This document shows positions 13,678 through 23,781 of a stretch of 48,306 nt of DNA, one piece after another. Location of the stretch: contig NC_068998.1 in assembly GCF_001194135.2 (NCBI RefSeq), positions 5,509,060 to 5,557,365 of the forward strand, given 5' to 3'. Source of the stretch: Octopus bimaculoides. Lineage: Eukaryota. The notes beneath the pieces were generated by a model, which did not search any database, was not told the DNA's origin, and was given only the letters and a program-made list of their open reading frames with translations. Numbering within the stretch: position 1 is the first letter of the stretch; every line of letters starts with the position of its first letter. Both the position numbers and the translations under genes were made by a program.

Positions 13678-14420
13678 TAACTCATACATATACATAAAGC
13701 AAAACATTTAGTGTTGAACACATTTATGCAGATAGGCGCTCACACGCACATACACACACATATACACATATACACAAACACATTCACTCGTTCATTCAAG
13801 CGCACACAAACATACCTATACACGCACACACGCATACACACATCCACATACACTCGTACATGCTCACACATACACTGTCACTCGTCGCACCCGCTACCGA
13901 GAGCACCCGCCGTGTAATTGATGAAATTTTAAATGGACTTTATATTATTAAACAACAATATCATTACAACAACAACAACAACAACAACAACAACAGCAGC
14001 AGCAACAACAACAACAACAGCTACTACTACTACTACGACTACTACTACTACTACTACTACACCAACTCAAGCAATTAAAACAAAAAAAAACACACTTTTG
14101 CTTCTCACGTCATTCATTTCCAGTACACACACACACACACACATATTAGCATGCAAAACATACACACGCAGTAGACACATGTGTGCACACATGTGTGTCA
14201 TCGTACGCACATATTCTGATATCTTGATAAATGTGAGGACACCGTGAAAAACCAAGTATATGCGTATAAAATCTTATAAGCTGGTAGTCAAACGCACATA
14301 TACTCATATACACACACATTCTCAGGAATAACCAGATATACACACAGATACACAAGACACACACACACATATGCATGTATGATGTATGTATGTATATATA
14401 TATATACATATATATTTCCT
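13180..14420. repeat. Degenerate (CA)n/(TA)n tracts with (AAC/TAC)n triplets
   Basis: Direct reading. Confidence 0.85.
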
Positions 14421-14448
14421 CCGTTTTTCCCTTCTTTGGACTTTCTTT

Positions 14449-14483
14449 GTTTCCGACGAAGAGCTCCGCTCGAAACGTCAAAT
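14449..14483 (+). ncRNA. Minimal type I hammerhead-ribozyme-like motif (core variant U4C)
   Basis: gttt-CcGACGA-a-GAGC(tcc)GCTC-GAAA-C-GTC-aaat: stem II of 4 bp, palindromic ACGT stem III, GUC triplet, stem I of 3 bp plus a G-U pair. Confidence 0.5.
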
Positions 14484-14587
14484 TCTCTTTTTTTTTTCCT
14501 TTCCCGAGCGTCCAGTGACACAATCTGTATCACGTCCTCACGTTGTTGCTTTTTGTTGTTGCTTTTTTGTCTTTTTCCTTTTTTGAA

Positions 14588-14624
<37 letters not shown>

Positions 14625-15101
14625 CTATGTATCTATGTATCTATGTATCTATGTTTGTACATTTGTATTATTACAAGTGTCTGATGAACGGTTACGCGGA
14701 TCTCCGAGTAACTCTTTGTGAGCCTTTCTACAGCTTTAATATGATAGGAGATGCGTGTGTGTATGTATACGTGTGCGTGTGTGTATATGTATGTATGTAT
14801 GTGTGAAAGTATATACATATAAATGTGTTTATATGTATTGACGACTTAAATTCGATATGGAGGCGAAATAGGTCTGCTGTATACCACATCCCTGATCCAG
14901 GTTGTACTCTTGATCTCAAGATGGAGAAGATAAGCGGAAGTAAACAGTGCAAAAATAAAATTAAGACAATTACGAGGTCTTTGAGAAATCAGGAAGTTAC
15001 AAAAGAAATTTGGTAAAGATCGCGAATAGTAAAGAACCCAGATGCTTCCTTGAGAAGACACTTCCAGTGACCTGTAAAACCAACAAAGACGCTTGGTTGA
15101 C

Positions 15102-15168
<67 letters not shown>
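15102..15168. repeat. Pure (GATA)n microsatellite
   Basis: Direct reading. Confidence 0.95.
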
Positions 15169-15169
<1 letters not shown>

Positions 15170-15949
15170 ATCGCGTGTACTCCATTTTCTTTCTGTCATA
15201 TTTCAAACACACACGTATGTGTGTGTGTGTTTGTTTGTGTGTGTGTGTGTGNNNNNNNNNNNNNNNNNNNNNNNNNNNNNNNNNNNNNNNNNNNNNNNNN
15301 NNNNNNNNNNNNNNNNNNNNNNNNNNNNNNNNNNNNNNNNNNNNNNNNNNNNNNNNNNNNNNNNNNNNNNNNNNNNNNNNNNNNNNNNNNNNNNNNNNNN
15401 NNNNNNNNNNNNNNNNNNNNNNNNNNNNNNNNNNNNNNNNNNNNNNNNNNNNNNNNNNNNNNNNNNNNNNNNNNNNNNNNNNNNNNNNNNNNNNNNNNNN
15501 NNNNNNNNNNNNNNNNNNNNNNNNNNNNNNNNNNNNNNNNNNNNNNNNNNNNNNNNNNNNNNNNNNNNNNNNNNNNNNNNNNNNNNNNNNNNNNNNNNNN
15601 NNNNNNNNNNNNNNNNNNNNNNNNNNNNNNNNNNNNNNNNNNNNNNNNNNNNNNNNNNNNNNNNNNNNNNNNNNNNNNNNNNNNNNNNNNNNNNNNNNNN
15701 NNNNNNNNNNNNNNNNNNNNNNNNNNNNNNNNNNNNNNNNNNNNNNNNNNNNNNNNNNNNNCTTTTCGTCATAATTTTCCAACCATTTTTCAAATTTTCC
15801 AACTTTCCCCTTTATTGATGGATGGACAGACATACGCATATATATACACATGTATATATATAAAATTACATCTATATCTACATAGTTATATATATATATA
15901 TAAACACATACACACACACGCACACACACACACATATATATATATATAA

Positions 15950-16024
<75 letters not shown>

Positions 16025-16889
16025 AACACAAACACAGCAATAAATAAACGCCTAATGATGACGTATCATACTGGTTTCTTTTCAACAATGTTTGTGCAAA
16101 TATTCTTTAAATATTTTTGTTTGTTTGTTTGTTTTTTGTTTCACACAGAAATTAAAATTAGTGAAAACAGAATTTCAAACTATAAAATTACGTAAATTTT
16201 CCTAAAATTTACGGAAACTTAGAACTTACAAACATAGCTTGTTAAATAGCAACATTTAATATATGTAACAAATATATCACGTTTTTACTGAATTTTTAGA
16301 GGTTTTTTTTTTTTTTCTATTCCCCTTTTTAGTTTAAATACGTTTATTAATTTAATTCATGAAAAAGATATTTTTTATTCATCCAAAGATGTACAAAAAA
16401 TATATATCGCTTTGATCTTTAAAAAAAAATGAATGCTTTTTTTAATAAAATTTGAAGATTACACATTTTCTATTGCCAATTTAGTTATCAAAACATATAA
16501 AGATGTTTTATTCTTTCAAGTTCGTTTCCCTCGTAACTTATTTTATGCTACTTGTTAATTTAGTAAATTAGCTACGCAAAATGTGGAGTTTTATTAACCA
16601 ATCATTAAAAGAAAGTGAACAGGAATAATGGTCACGGGAGAAATGTCACATTTTATTTAAATACCATAAATAATAGTTAAATTAATTAAATAATGTTTTA
16701 ATTATATAACGCTTGTTAACTGACAGTGATCGATCTCTGAAATTCTTCCAGCGTGTCATGATATATGTTCGAGTGTTACGCTTTTTAAATACTGAATACT
16801 TACGATTTGAAACGAAAGTGAGGACATCTTAGTTCCTATCTTTTCCTTGTTTTAGTCGGTTTTTAGTAGTTCCTATCTTTTCCTTGTTT

Positions 16890-16940
16890 TAGGCGGTGCT
16901 CCAGCATGGCCACAGTCAAATGACTGAAACAAGTAAAAAA
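16890..16940 (+). mobile_element. SINE family B extreme 3' end
   Basis: aggcggtgctccagcatggccacagtcaaatgactgaaacaagtaaaaaa is the reverse complement of the 6824-6880 segment. Confidence 0.8.
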
Positions 16941-16972
16941 ATGTACATATATATATATATATATATATATGA

Positions 16973-17136
16973 TCACGAGGGCCTTCTACGCAGTTGCCGT
17001 CTACCAAATTCATTCATAAGACATTGGTCGACCGAGTCTGTTGCAGAAATCACTTACCCAAGATGTTGCGCAGTGAGAGGGAACTGAACCCGAAACCGTA
17101 TAGCTACCAAGAGAGCTCCTTAACCGAACAGCCATT
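16973..17136 (-). mobile_element. SINE family B 5' half (tRNA head plus CORE-like domain), diverged
   Basis: Collinear with 23624-23781 (ccgtctaccaaat..cataag...ggtcg...cacttacccaag...actgaacccgaaacc). Confidence 0.7.
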
Positions 17137-17885
17137 CTTGCTGCTAATTGAAATCGTTGACAAGTGCGGAGTATTCCGCTTTAAACAAGCTTAACTATGG
17201 AATGAAAAGGGAAACATAACTGAAATGGTTTAACACAATGACGGAATGNNNNNNNNNNNNNNNNNNNNNNNNNNNNNNNNNNNNNNNNNNNNNNNNNNNN
17301 NNNNNNNNNNNNNNNNNNNNNNNNNNNNNNNNNNNNNNNNNNNNNNNNNNNNNNNNNNNNNNNNNNNNNNNNNNNNNNNNNNNNNNNNNNNNNNNNNNNN
17401 NNNNNNNNNNNNNNNNNNNNNNNNNNNNNNNNNNNNNNNNNNNNNNNNNNNNNNNNNNNNNNNNNNNNNNNNNNNNNNNNNNNNNNNNNNNNNNNNNNNN
17501 NNNNNNNNNNNNNNNNNNNNNNNNNNNNNNNNNNNNNNNNNNNNNNNNNNNNNNNNNNNNNNNNNNNNNNNNNNNNNNNNNNNNNNNNNNNNNNNNNNNN
17601 NNNNNNNNNNNNNNNNNNNNNNNNNNNNNNNNNNNNNNNNNNNNNNNNNNNNNNNNNNNNNNNNNNNNNNNNNNNNNNNNNNNNNNNNNNNNNNNNNNNN
17701 NNNNNNNNNNNNNNNNNNNNNNNNNNNNNNNNNNNNNNNNNNNNNNNNNNNNNNNNNNNNNNNNNNNNNNNNNNNNNNNNNNNNNNNNNNNNNNNNNNNN
17801 ATATATATATATATATATATATATAGCTATATGTTTGTATGTATATATATATATATATGTGTGTGTGTATATATATATGTATGTG

Positions 17886-17929
<44 letters not shown>

Positions 17930-17964
17930 GTCTGTGTATAAGTGTGTGTTTATATGAATATAAA

Positions 17965-18060
17965 ATTTTGTACGGCAGCGAGATACTGGGGAGAAATAAG
18001 ATCTGTGAAAACTGAGAACATCTGTCAAGGTTTTGATTATAGGGTTACATGAAAAGGGCG
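17965..18060 (+). pseudogene. Possible highly degraded non-LTR retrotransposon ORF2 remnant
   Basis: ttg tac ggc agc gag ata (c) tgg gga reads LYGSEI/WG across a 1-nt frameshift, resembling the post-RT LYGSE[TI]W motif of LINEs. Downstream similarity is weak. Confidence 0.25.
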
Positions 18061-18141
18061 CGAAAGGCGCTGGTAATTTAAGGAGAAAAACAAGTTTCGG
18101 GCGGTATTTAGAAGATTCCACTTATCTATAAGTTATATTGA

Positions 18142-18344
18142 CTTCAAATTCTGGCACAAGGTCAAACATTTCAAAGGGAGCGGCGCTAGCTGATTGGATC
18201 AACCTCAGTGTATAACTGGTACTAATTTTATCGACCTCGAAAAGATAAAAGCGACTTCGGCGCTCAACTGGTACCTATTTTATGGACCCCGAAAGGATGA
18301 AAGGCAAAGTCGACCTCAGTGGAATTTGAACTCAGAACATAAAG
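18142..18344 (-). mobile_element. SINE family A, diverged, with internal duplication
   Basis: ctggcacaaggtc...aactggtactaattttatcgacc...aactggtacctattttatggacc..gaaaggatgaaaggcaaagtcgacctc..ggaatttgaactcagaac. Confidence 0.75.
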
Positions 18345-18474
18345 CCTCTTTCTCTCGCGTCTCTTTGTTCGTCTTCTCGAAATTCTGAACCGTATATTTC
18401 GAGACCTTAAATCTATTCTACGTTTATGAATTTGTTTCGCAAGATTCTTGTTGTGAAATCGTATGTTGAAACAG

Positions 18475-18561
18475 ATATTGTTATGTTTCGGGATGGTCAA
18501 TTTTCTTTTTCTTTCTTTCTTGGCAAGAAAAAAAAACCGCCATCCCGAAATATAGCAATAT
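18475..18561 (+). other. 87-nt inverted repeat / hairpin
   Basis: Arms atattgttatgtttcgggatgg (18475-18496) and ccatcccgaaatatagcaatat (18540-18561) pair 22/22 as plus-strand RNA (20 Watson-Crick, 2 G-U). Confidence 0.8.
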
Positions 18562-19020
18562 TCAGAACCTGTTCTCCAGAAAGCAAAACACACCTCACAA
18601 TGGCGGCGAGGAAGATCACCATATTCCAAGTCAAATATTTCCGCAACATTCTTTAAATTTTCATGTTTAATTAATGCTCTTATTTTCAAAATTTATTCAT
18701 GCATTTCATAACCGTTAACATAAAATGCTTTAAAATTTTAATTTTTCAATACAACGAGACTCTTTTTACACTGCACGGATGTTTTTGTAGAGGTTGGTTT
18801 AAATAATCTTTTAAGCAAAGTCTTAGTCCCATCGGATTTACCGATTAATGACAGATCCGTTAATACAGAGATCAATGAGCTTACTGGATCAAACTGATAG
18901 ATTTTCCAGGAGCAAATTTACATTGTCAAATATGTCTGATTGTCTTGTTTTCCCATGAGGCTATTCAAGACCCTTAGCTTTTAAAGACGCTAAAATTGTT
19001 TTCAGTAATTTTTCATATAT

Positions 19021-19127
19021 TCTTTTCTACTCTCGGCTCAAGGCCCGAAATTTGGGGGAAGGGATCCAGTCGATTAGATCGACCCCTGTACGCAACTGGT
19101 ACTTAATTTATCGAACCCGAAAAGATG
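19021..19127 (-). mobile_element. SINE family A 3' fragment (tail A1)
   Basis: tcttttctactctcggctcaaggcccgaaattt...gattagatcgacccc..tacgcaactggtacttaatttatcg matches 6507-6615. Confidence 0.85.
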
Positions 19128-19244
19128 TGCCGGTGGTGGTGGTGGTGGTGGTGGTGACGACGACGATGACGATGATGATGATGACGACGGCGACAATGAA
19201 TTGGCAGATATGAACGGAATATAAGCCTATACTTCGCAAAAGTA

Positions 19245-19380
19245 TAGGCAGTGAATTGGTAGAATCGGCCATTGGACAAATTATTTCGTGATATTTGCTC
19301 TGATTCTATGCCTTGAGTTCAAATCCTGCCGAGGTTAACTTTGGTTTGCATTCCTTCAAGGTCGATAAAATAATGTATCT
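19245..19380 (+). mobile_element. Old, diverged SINE family A-like copy
   Basis: aggcagtgaattggtagaatc...gagttcaaatcctgccgaggttaactttggtttgcattccttcaaggtcgataaaat retains the B box and central module. Confidence 0.6.
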
Positions 19381-19799
19381 CCACAAGGAAGTACTGCAAT
19401 GGAACCATAAAAGAATGTCAGACTTTTGGTATTTGTTCCGGCTCTGAATTCAAACTGTTTGAAGTTCAAATCCTGCTATGGTAGACTTAACGTATCGACT
19501 GGTTTAACACAACGACCCGGCAACTGGGGTACCTTGAGCGGAATAAATTCTGTTACAGGTATTCGTATCACATCCCTGGTATGAAATTACATTCCTCCCT
19601 CTTGTCTGAAAACTCACATGTCTGAAAAATCAACTGACAAAAAAACCTCGATGGCCCAGGCTTGGTTACCGCCTCAGGGTCAAACAAGTGTCATACTTAG
19701 GGTGGGCAGTTATGGACGAGTGTAAAATGAGCCATTTCTAACCATCTTATACGTCACTTTTGGAGCATGCGCCATAAGTTGACCACCTATAATGTATTC

Positions 19800-19925
19800 G
19801 ATTAAATCAGTCCCAGTATTTTACTGGTACATTACTTTATCGACTTCGAGATAAGGAAAAAATAAAAGATGACGACGGCGGGTTTTGAACGGAGAACGTA
19901 AAGAGCCGGAACGAACATACGGCAC
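19800..19925 (-). mobile_element. Old, diverged SINE family A-like fragment
   Basis: cccagtattttactggtacattactttatcgac...ggcgggttttgaacggagaacgtaaagagccggaacg is collinear with the family A body. Confidence 0.5.
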
Positions 19926-19944
19926 AACATGGTGATGGGGGAGG

Positions 19945-19952
19945 GCGATGGT

Positions 19953-19984
<32 letters not shown>

Positions 19985-20363
19985 TGGTGACGGTATTGAA
20001 TGTTCTGCTGTTGGTGGAGGTTGTGGCATAGGTGGGGGGTGCTACTAGAGGAAATGGTGTTGGTGTTCGTGTTGGTAAGGCGTGGGGAATGGTTAGGTGG
20101 CGCTCTGGCTGGTATTGAAGTTGGTATTGGTGATATTAGTTACAGTAGTGAGGAGGGTTCGGGTGGGGATGCGGTGGGGCAATGCGGGTGGGGGGCGGGT
20201 GGTAGCGGTGGTATAGGTGTTAGTTGTGCTAGTGACAGATGTAGCACAATCATAGTTTAATGGTCTTGCCATAACTGACCGTTAATGATTTTTAATGCTC
20301 TTTTTATTGTTGTTGTTGTTGTTTCATGGCCTTTGTTGTTCGTTCGTAGACACGACGACGACC

Positions 20364-20406
<43 letters not shown>

Positions 20407-20712
20407 GACGACCGCAGTGGTTATAATGATGATGATGACGTTGAAGACGAAGATGATGAAAATAATGATGGCGATGATGATGATGATGATGACGACGATG
20501 ACAATGATAGTGATGATGATGACAACGACGACGACGACGACGATGACGATGATAGTGATGATGATGATGACAACGATGGCCACGACTACAGTGGTGGTGG
20601 TGGTGATGGTGGTGGAGGTGGTGGAGGTGGTGGTGGTTATGATGATGGTGGTGATGATGACGTTGACAGTGATGATGACGACGACGGTGATAGTGGCTGA
20701 GTCAGTGATGAC

Positions 20713-20743
<31 letters not shown>

Positions 20744-20892
20744 GTTAAAGTTGTTGTTTTTTTTAGCTTTTTTCTTTCTGACCTGTATTAGTAACGTTTC
20801 ACTCTTTGTTATAATATTGATTTCATGTCGTTGTTGTTGTTGTTGTTGTCATCGTTGCGGCGGTAGTATAGCTGAAGATGGTACTAGAACTG

Positions 20893-20933
<41 letters not shown>

Positions 20934-21034
20934 CGCTGTTGCTGTCGGTTTTTGTGGCAACGTCCGACTATATCGATGTCAGTGTTACTGTCGCCATAAT
21001 TGTTCTTCTTGTTCTCAGCATTACTGTGATTGTA

Positions 21035-21096
<62 letters not shown>

Positions 21097-21102
21097 GGTT
21101 AA

Positions 21103-21139
<37 letters not shown>

Positions 21140-21330
21140 AGTTTTTGTTGTTGTTGTTTCTGTAGCAATGGCTACTCTATTGATGTTTAACTTTTAATGT
21201 CATCATTATTGCTTCTGGTGTTTATAGCTGCAGTTGGAGCCGCCGCAGCCGCTGCCGCTGCCGCCGACGCTGCCGCTGCCGCCGACGCTGCTCCTGCTGC
21301 TGTTGATGATGATGATGATGATGATGATGA

Positions 21331-21416
<86 letters not shown>

Positions 21417-21859
21417 TTGTTGTTATCAAAGCTATTGTCATAATCATTCTTCTAACAGTGCTCAACTTAATTTTGTTCTTGTGTTAATGTTGTTGTTGTT
21501 GTTGCTGCTGTTGTCGCTTTTGTTGTTGTTGTTGTTATTGTCGTAGCTTTTATCATTGTTCTTGCTGTTCTTGTTGTTGTTGTTGTTGTCAACGTTCAGG
21601 CCAGTTTCCTTGCGCGTGCTGTCCTACAATCGAAACTATTCCAGAATATGACCATCCCTTCTTTTATTCAGCAGCCAATGTGTCCACCCCCACCCCCACC
21701 GCATGCGCTTTTATAAAGATGTTAGAGTAAAAGCTGAGGGTGATTTGGCTATTATTTTTAACAGGTCGAGCTTACAGCACGGAAGCTGTCTGATTGATGC
21801 ATTATTCATGTAGATGTTGTTGTTGTTGTCACTGCTGTTGTTGCTGCTACTGCTGCAGT

Positions 21860-21908
<49 letters not shown>

Positions 21909-22103
21909 GGTGATGGTGATGACGACGATGACGACGATGACGATGATGATGATGATGATGACCTTGCTGTTTTTATTGTTCTTATTGCTGTTACAGTTGT
22001 TGCAGCTAATATTTTCATTATTTATCATCATCCCCAACCACCACCACCACCACCACCACCACCACCACTATCATCCTCCTCCTCCTCATCATCATCATCA
22101 TCA

Positions 22104-22164
<61 letters not shown>

Positions 22165-22172
22165 TATTCCTG
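19945..22172. repeat. Long degenerate GNN triplet mosaic (GGT, GAT, GAC, GTT, GTA, GCA/GCT) with short unique islands
   Basis: Direct reading. Confidence 0.85.
21590..21670 (-). mobile_element. Family C 3' fragment with (AAC)n tail
   Basis: The reverse complement reads gggatggtcatattctggaatagttt...aacgttgacaacaacaac, similar to 10290-10315. Confidence 0.4.
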
Positions 22173-22621
22173 NNNNNNNNNNNNNNNNNNNNNNNNNNNN
22201 NNNNNNNNNNNNNNNNNNNNNNNNNNNNNNNNNNNNNNNNNNNNNNNNNNNNNNNNNNNNNNNNNNNNNNNNNNNNNNNNNNNNNNNNNNNNNNNNNNNN
22301 NNNNNNNNNNNNNNNNNNNNNNNNNNNNNNNNNNNNNNNNNNNNNNNNNNNNNNNNNNNNNNNNNNNNNNNNNNNNNNNNNNNNNNNNNNNNNNNNNNNN
22401 NNNNNNNNNNNNNNNNNNNNNNNNNNNNNNNNNNNNNNNNNNNNNNNNNNNNNNNNNNNNNNNGGAGATGGTTTTTTGGGTATTGTTTTTCATTTTTTTT
22501 TTAATTTTAAAAATTTTATTTGGGAGTTTTATGTATGTTTTGTATTTTTGCTATTGTTGTTTTGACCAAGGTACAAAGTCAAACATTTGTCAAAAATGAG
22601 CGGGATGGGGAGTAGGAATAC

Positions 22622-22960
22622 ATTACAGGCAATTTAAATAAAACCCTTTTCAAGAAGATTAGGGAGTCTCTCGAGATCGAACCACAACTTCTCCGCATCG
22701 AGGGATCGCAGCTCCGGTTTGGTACTACGGATATTCGATTAGGATGCGATAGGAAAGAATCGCAAGACGGATTCTTCAAACTGAGCCAAACGAGCCGAAA
22801 ACCTAAGGGCAGACCAAGAATGAGATGGTTGGATAATATCCACAGTTTTCGTTGATCACGTTTAGGAATTCGACAAGAAAGTGTAATAATGGCTGCTACT
22901 GAAAGGACTCTATGGAGGAGGTGTCCAAGAAACTTGTCCCTATCCCTAGGACCCTACCAG
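22622..22960 (+). pseudogene. RTE-clade LINE ORF2 C-terminal remnant (5'-truncated, frameshifted)
   Basis: Translates as ...KIRESLEIEPQLLRIEGSQLR /fs/ WYYGYSIRMR*ERIARRILQTEPN /fs/ RKPKGRPRMRWLDNIHSFR*SRLGIRQESVIMAATERTLWRR. This matches the recalled RTE/Rex3-type C-terminal pattern IRESLGVEPLLLRIERSQLRWFGH...GRRPRGRPRTRW.D....W.RLGI. Confidence 0.85.
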
Positions 22961-22967
22961 AAATAAT

Positions 22968-23135
22968 CCTTTCTACTAAATGCATAAGGCCTGAAATTTG
23001 GGGGTAAGGAACTAGCCGATTACATCGACCCCAGTGTTGCACTGGTACTTAATTTATCGACGCCGAAAGGATGAAAGGTAAAGTTAACCTCGGCGAAATT
23101 TGATCTCAGAACGTACAAATGGACGAAATGCCTGC
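22968..23135 (-). mobile_element. SINE family A (tail A1), 5'-truncated
   Basis: ctttctact...cataaggcctgaaatttggggg...gattacatcgaccccag...ctggtacttaatttatcgac..cgaaaggatgaaagg.aaagt..acctcggcg.aatttga.ctcagaacgta. Confidence 0.85.
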
Positions 23136-23349
23136 TTGGAGGCACGACTTTACGAGTTCTTTTACAGGTCTTTGGAAAGCTGAAGGACCACTGCAATATG
23201 TGTGTGAATCTGAGAAGGGACTATGTTGAATAAAATCAAAATTAATTGATCCTCTTGTATTTTCTTTAACCCAAAACCAGGAACTTTTCAGCATCCTATT
23301 GCATTTATATGTGTGTAGTCGCCATGATCGACCGCTCGCCACTAAAGCT

Positions 23350-23503
23350 TTTTTATTCTCTCTCTGTTTTCTTGTGTTTCTTTCTGTTGAAGAGCGTAGG
23401 CTCGAAACGTAAAAGACTTTCTCACCTTCCCGAGCATCAAACTAATACACCTGCTTGTTGTTTATACACCTGTCTTCGTCTTTTGTTTTTTTGTAAATTC
23501 CAA

Positions 23504-23506
<3 letters not shown>
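23350..23506 (+). mobile_element. Dispersed element carrying a hammerhead-like motif (Penelope pLTR-like or retrozyme-like)
   Basis: The 3' part (23434-23500) is closely similar to 32201-32270. Its layout (T-rich, HHR core, ttcccgagc, T-rich, microsatellite) is shared with 14415-14590. Confidence 0.6.
23379..23416 (+). ncRNA. Minimal type I hammerhead-ribozyme-like motif (core variant A6U)
   Basis: TCTTT-CTGtTGA-a-GAGC(gtag)GCTC-GAAA-C-GTA-AAAGA: perfect 5-bp stem I, 4-bp stem II, palindromic ACGT stem III, predicted cleavage after 23411. Confidence 0.6.
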
Positions 23507-23545
<39 letters not shown>

Positions 23546-23582
23546 ATATACGACAGGCTTATTTGAGTTTCCATCATGTTTA

Positions 23583-23623
<41 letters not shown>

Positions 23624-23781
23624 TCACGACGAGCTTCTCTCAGTTTCCGTCTATCAAATCCACTCACAAGGCTTTGGTCGGCCTGACGCTATAGTGGAAG
23701 GCACTTGCCCAAGGTACCGCACATTAAGACTGAACCCGAAACCATGTGGTTGGTAAGCAAGCTTCATACCACACAACCACG
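23624..23781 (-). mobile_element. SINE family B 5' half: tRNA-derived head plus CORE-like domain
   Basis: The minus strand reads gtggttgtgtggtatgaagcttgcttaccaaccacatggtttcgggttcagtc (A/B-box-like), then ggtaccttgggcaagtgcc, which resembles the CORE-SINE ccttgggcaagt motif. Homologous to 16973-17136. Confidence 0.8.

Noticed and set aside
14825-15070. 63-71 aa ORFs as a LINE remnant or exon
   Set aside because: No diagnostic RT or endonuclease motif was found in the frames I examined.
21675-21717. CCAAT + CACCC + TATAAA promoter-like arrangement
   Set aside because: Short common motifs in a small island between repeats, with no downstream gene evidence.
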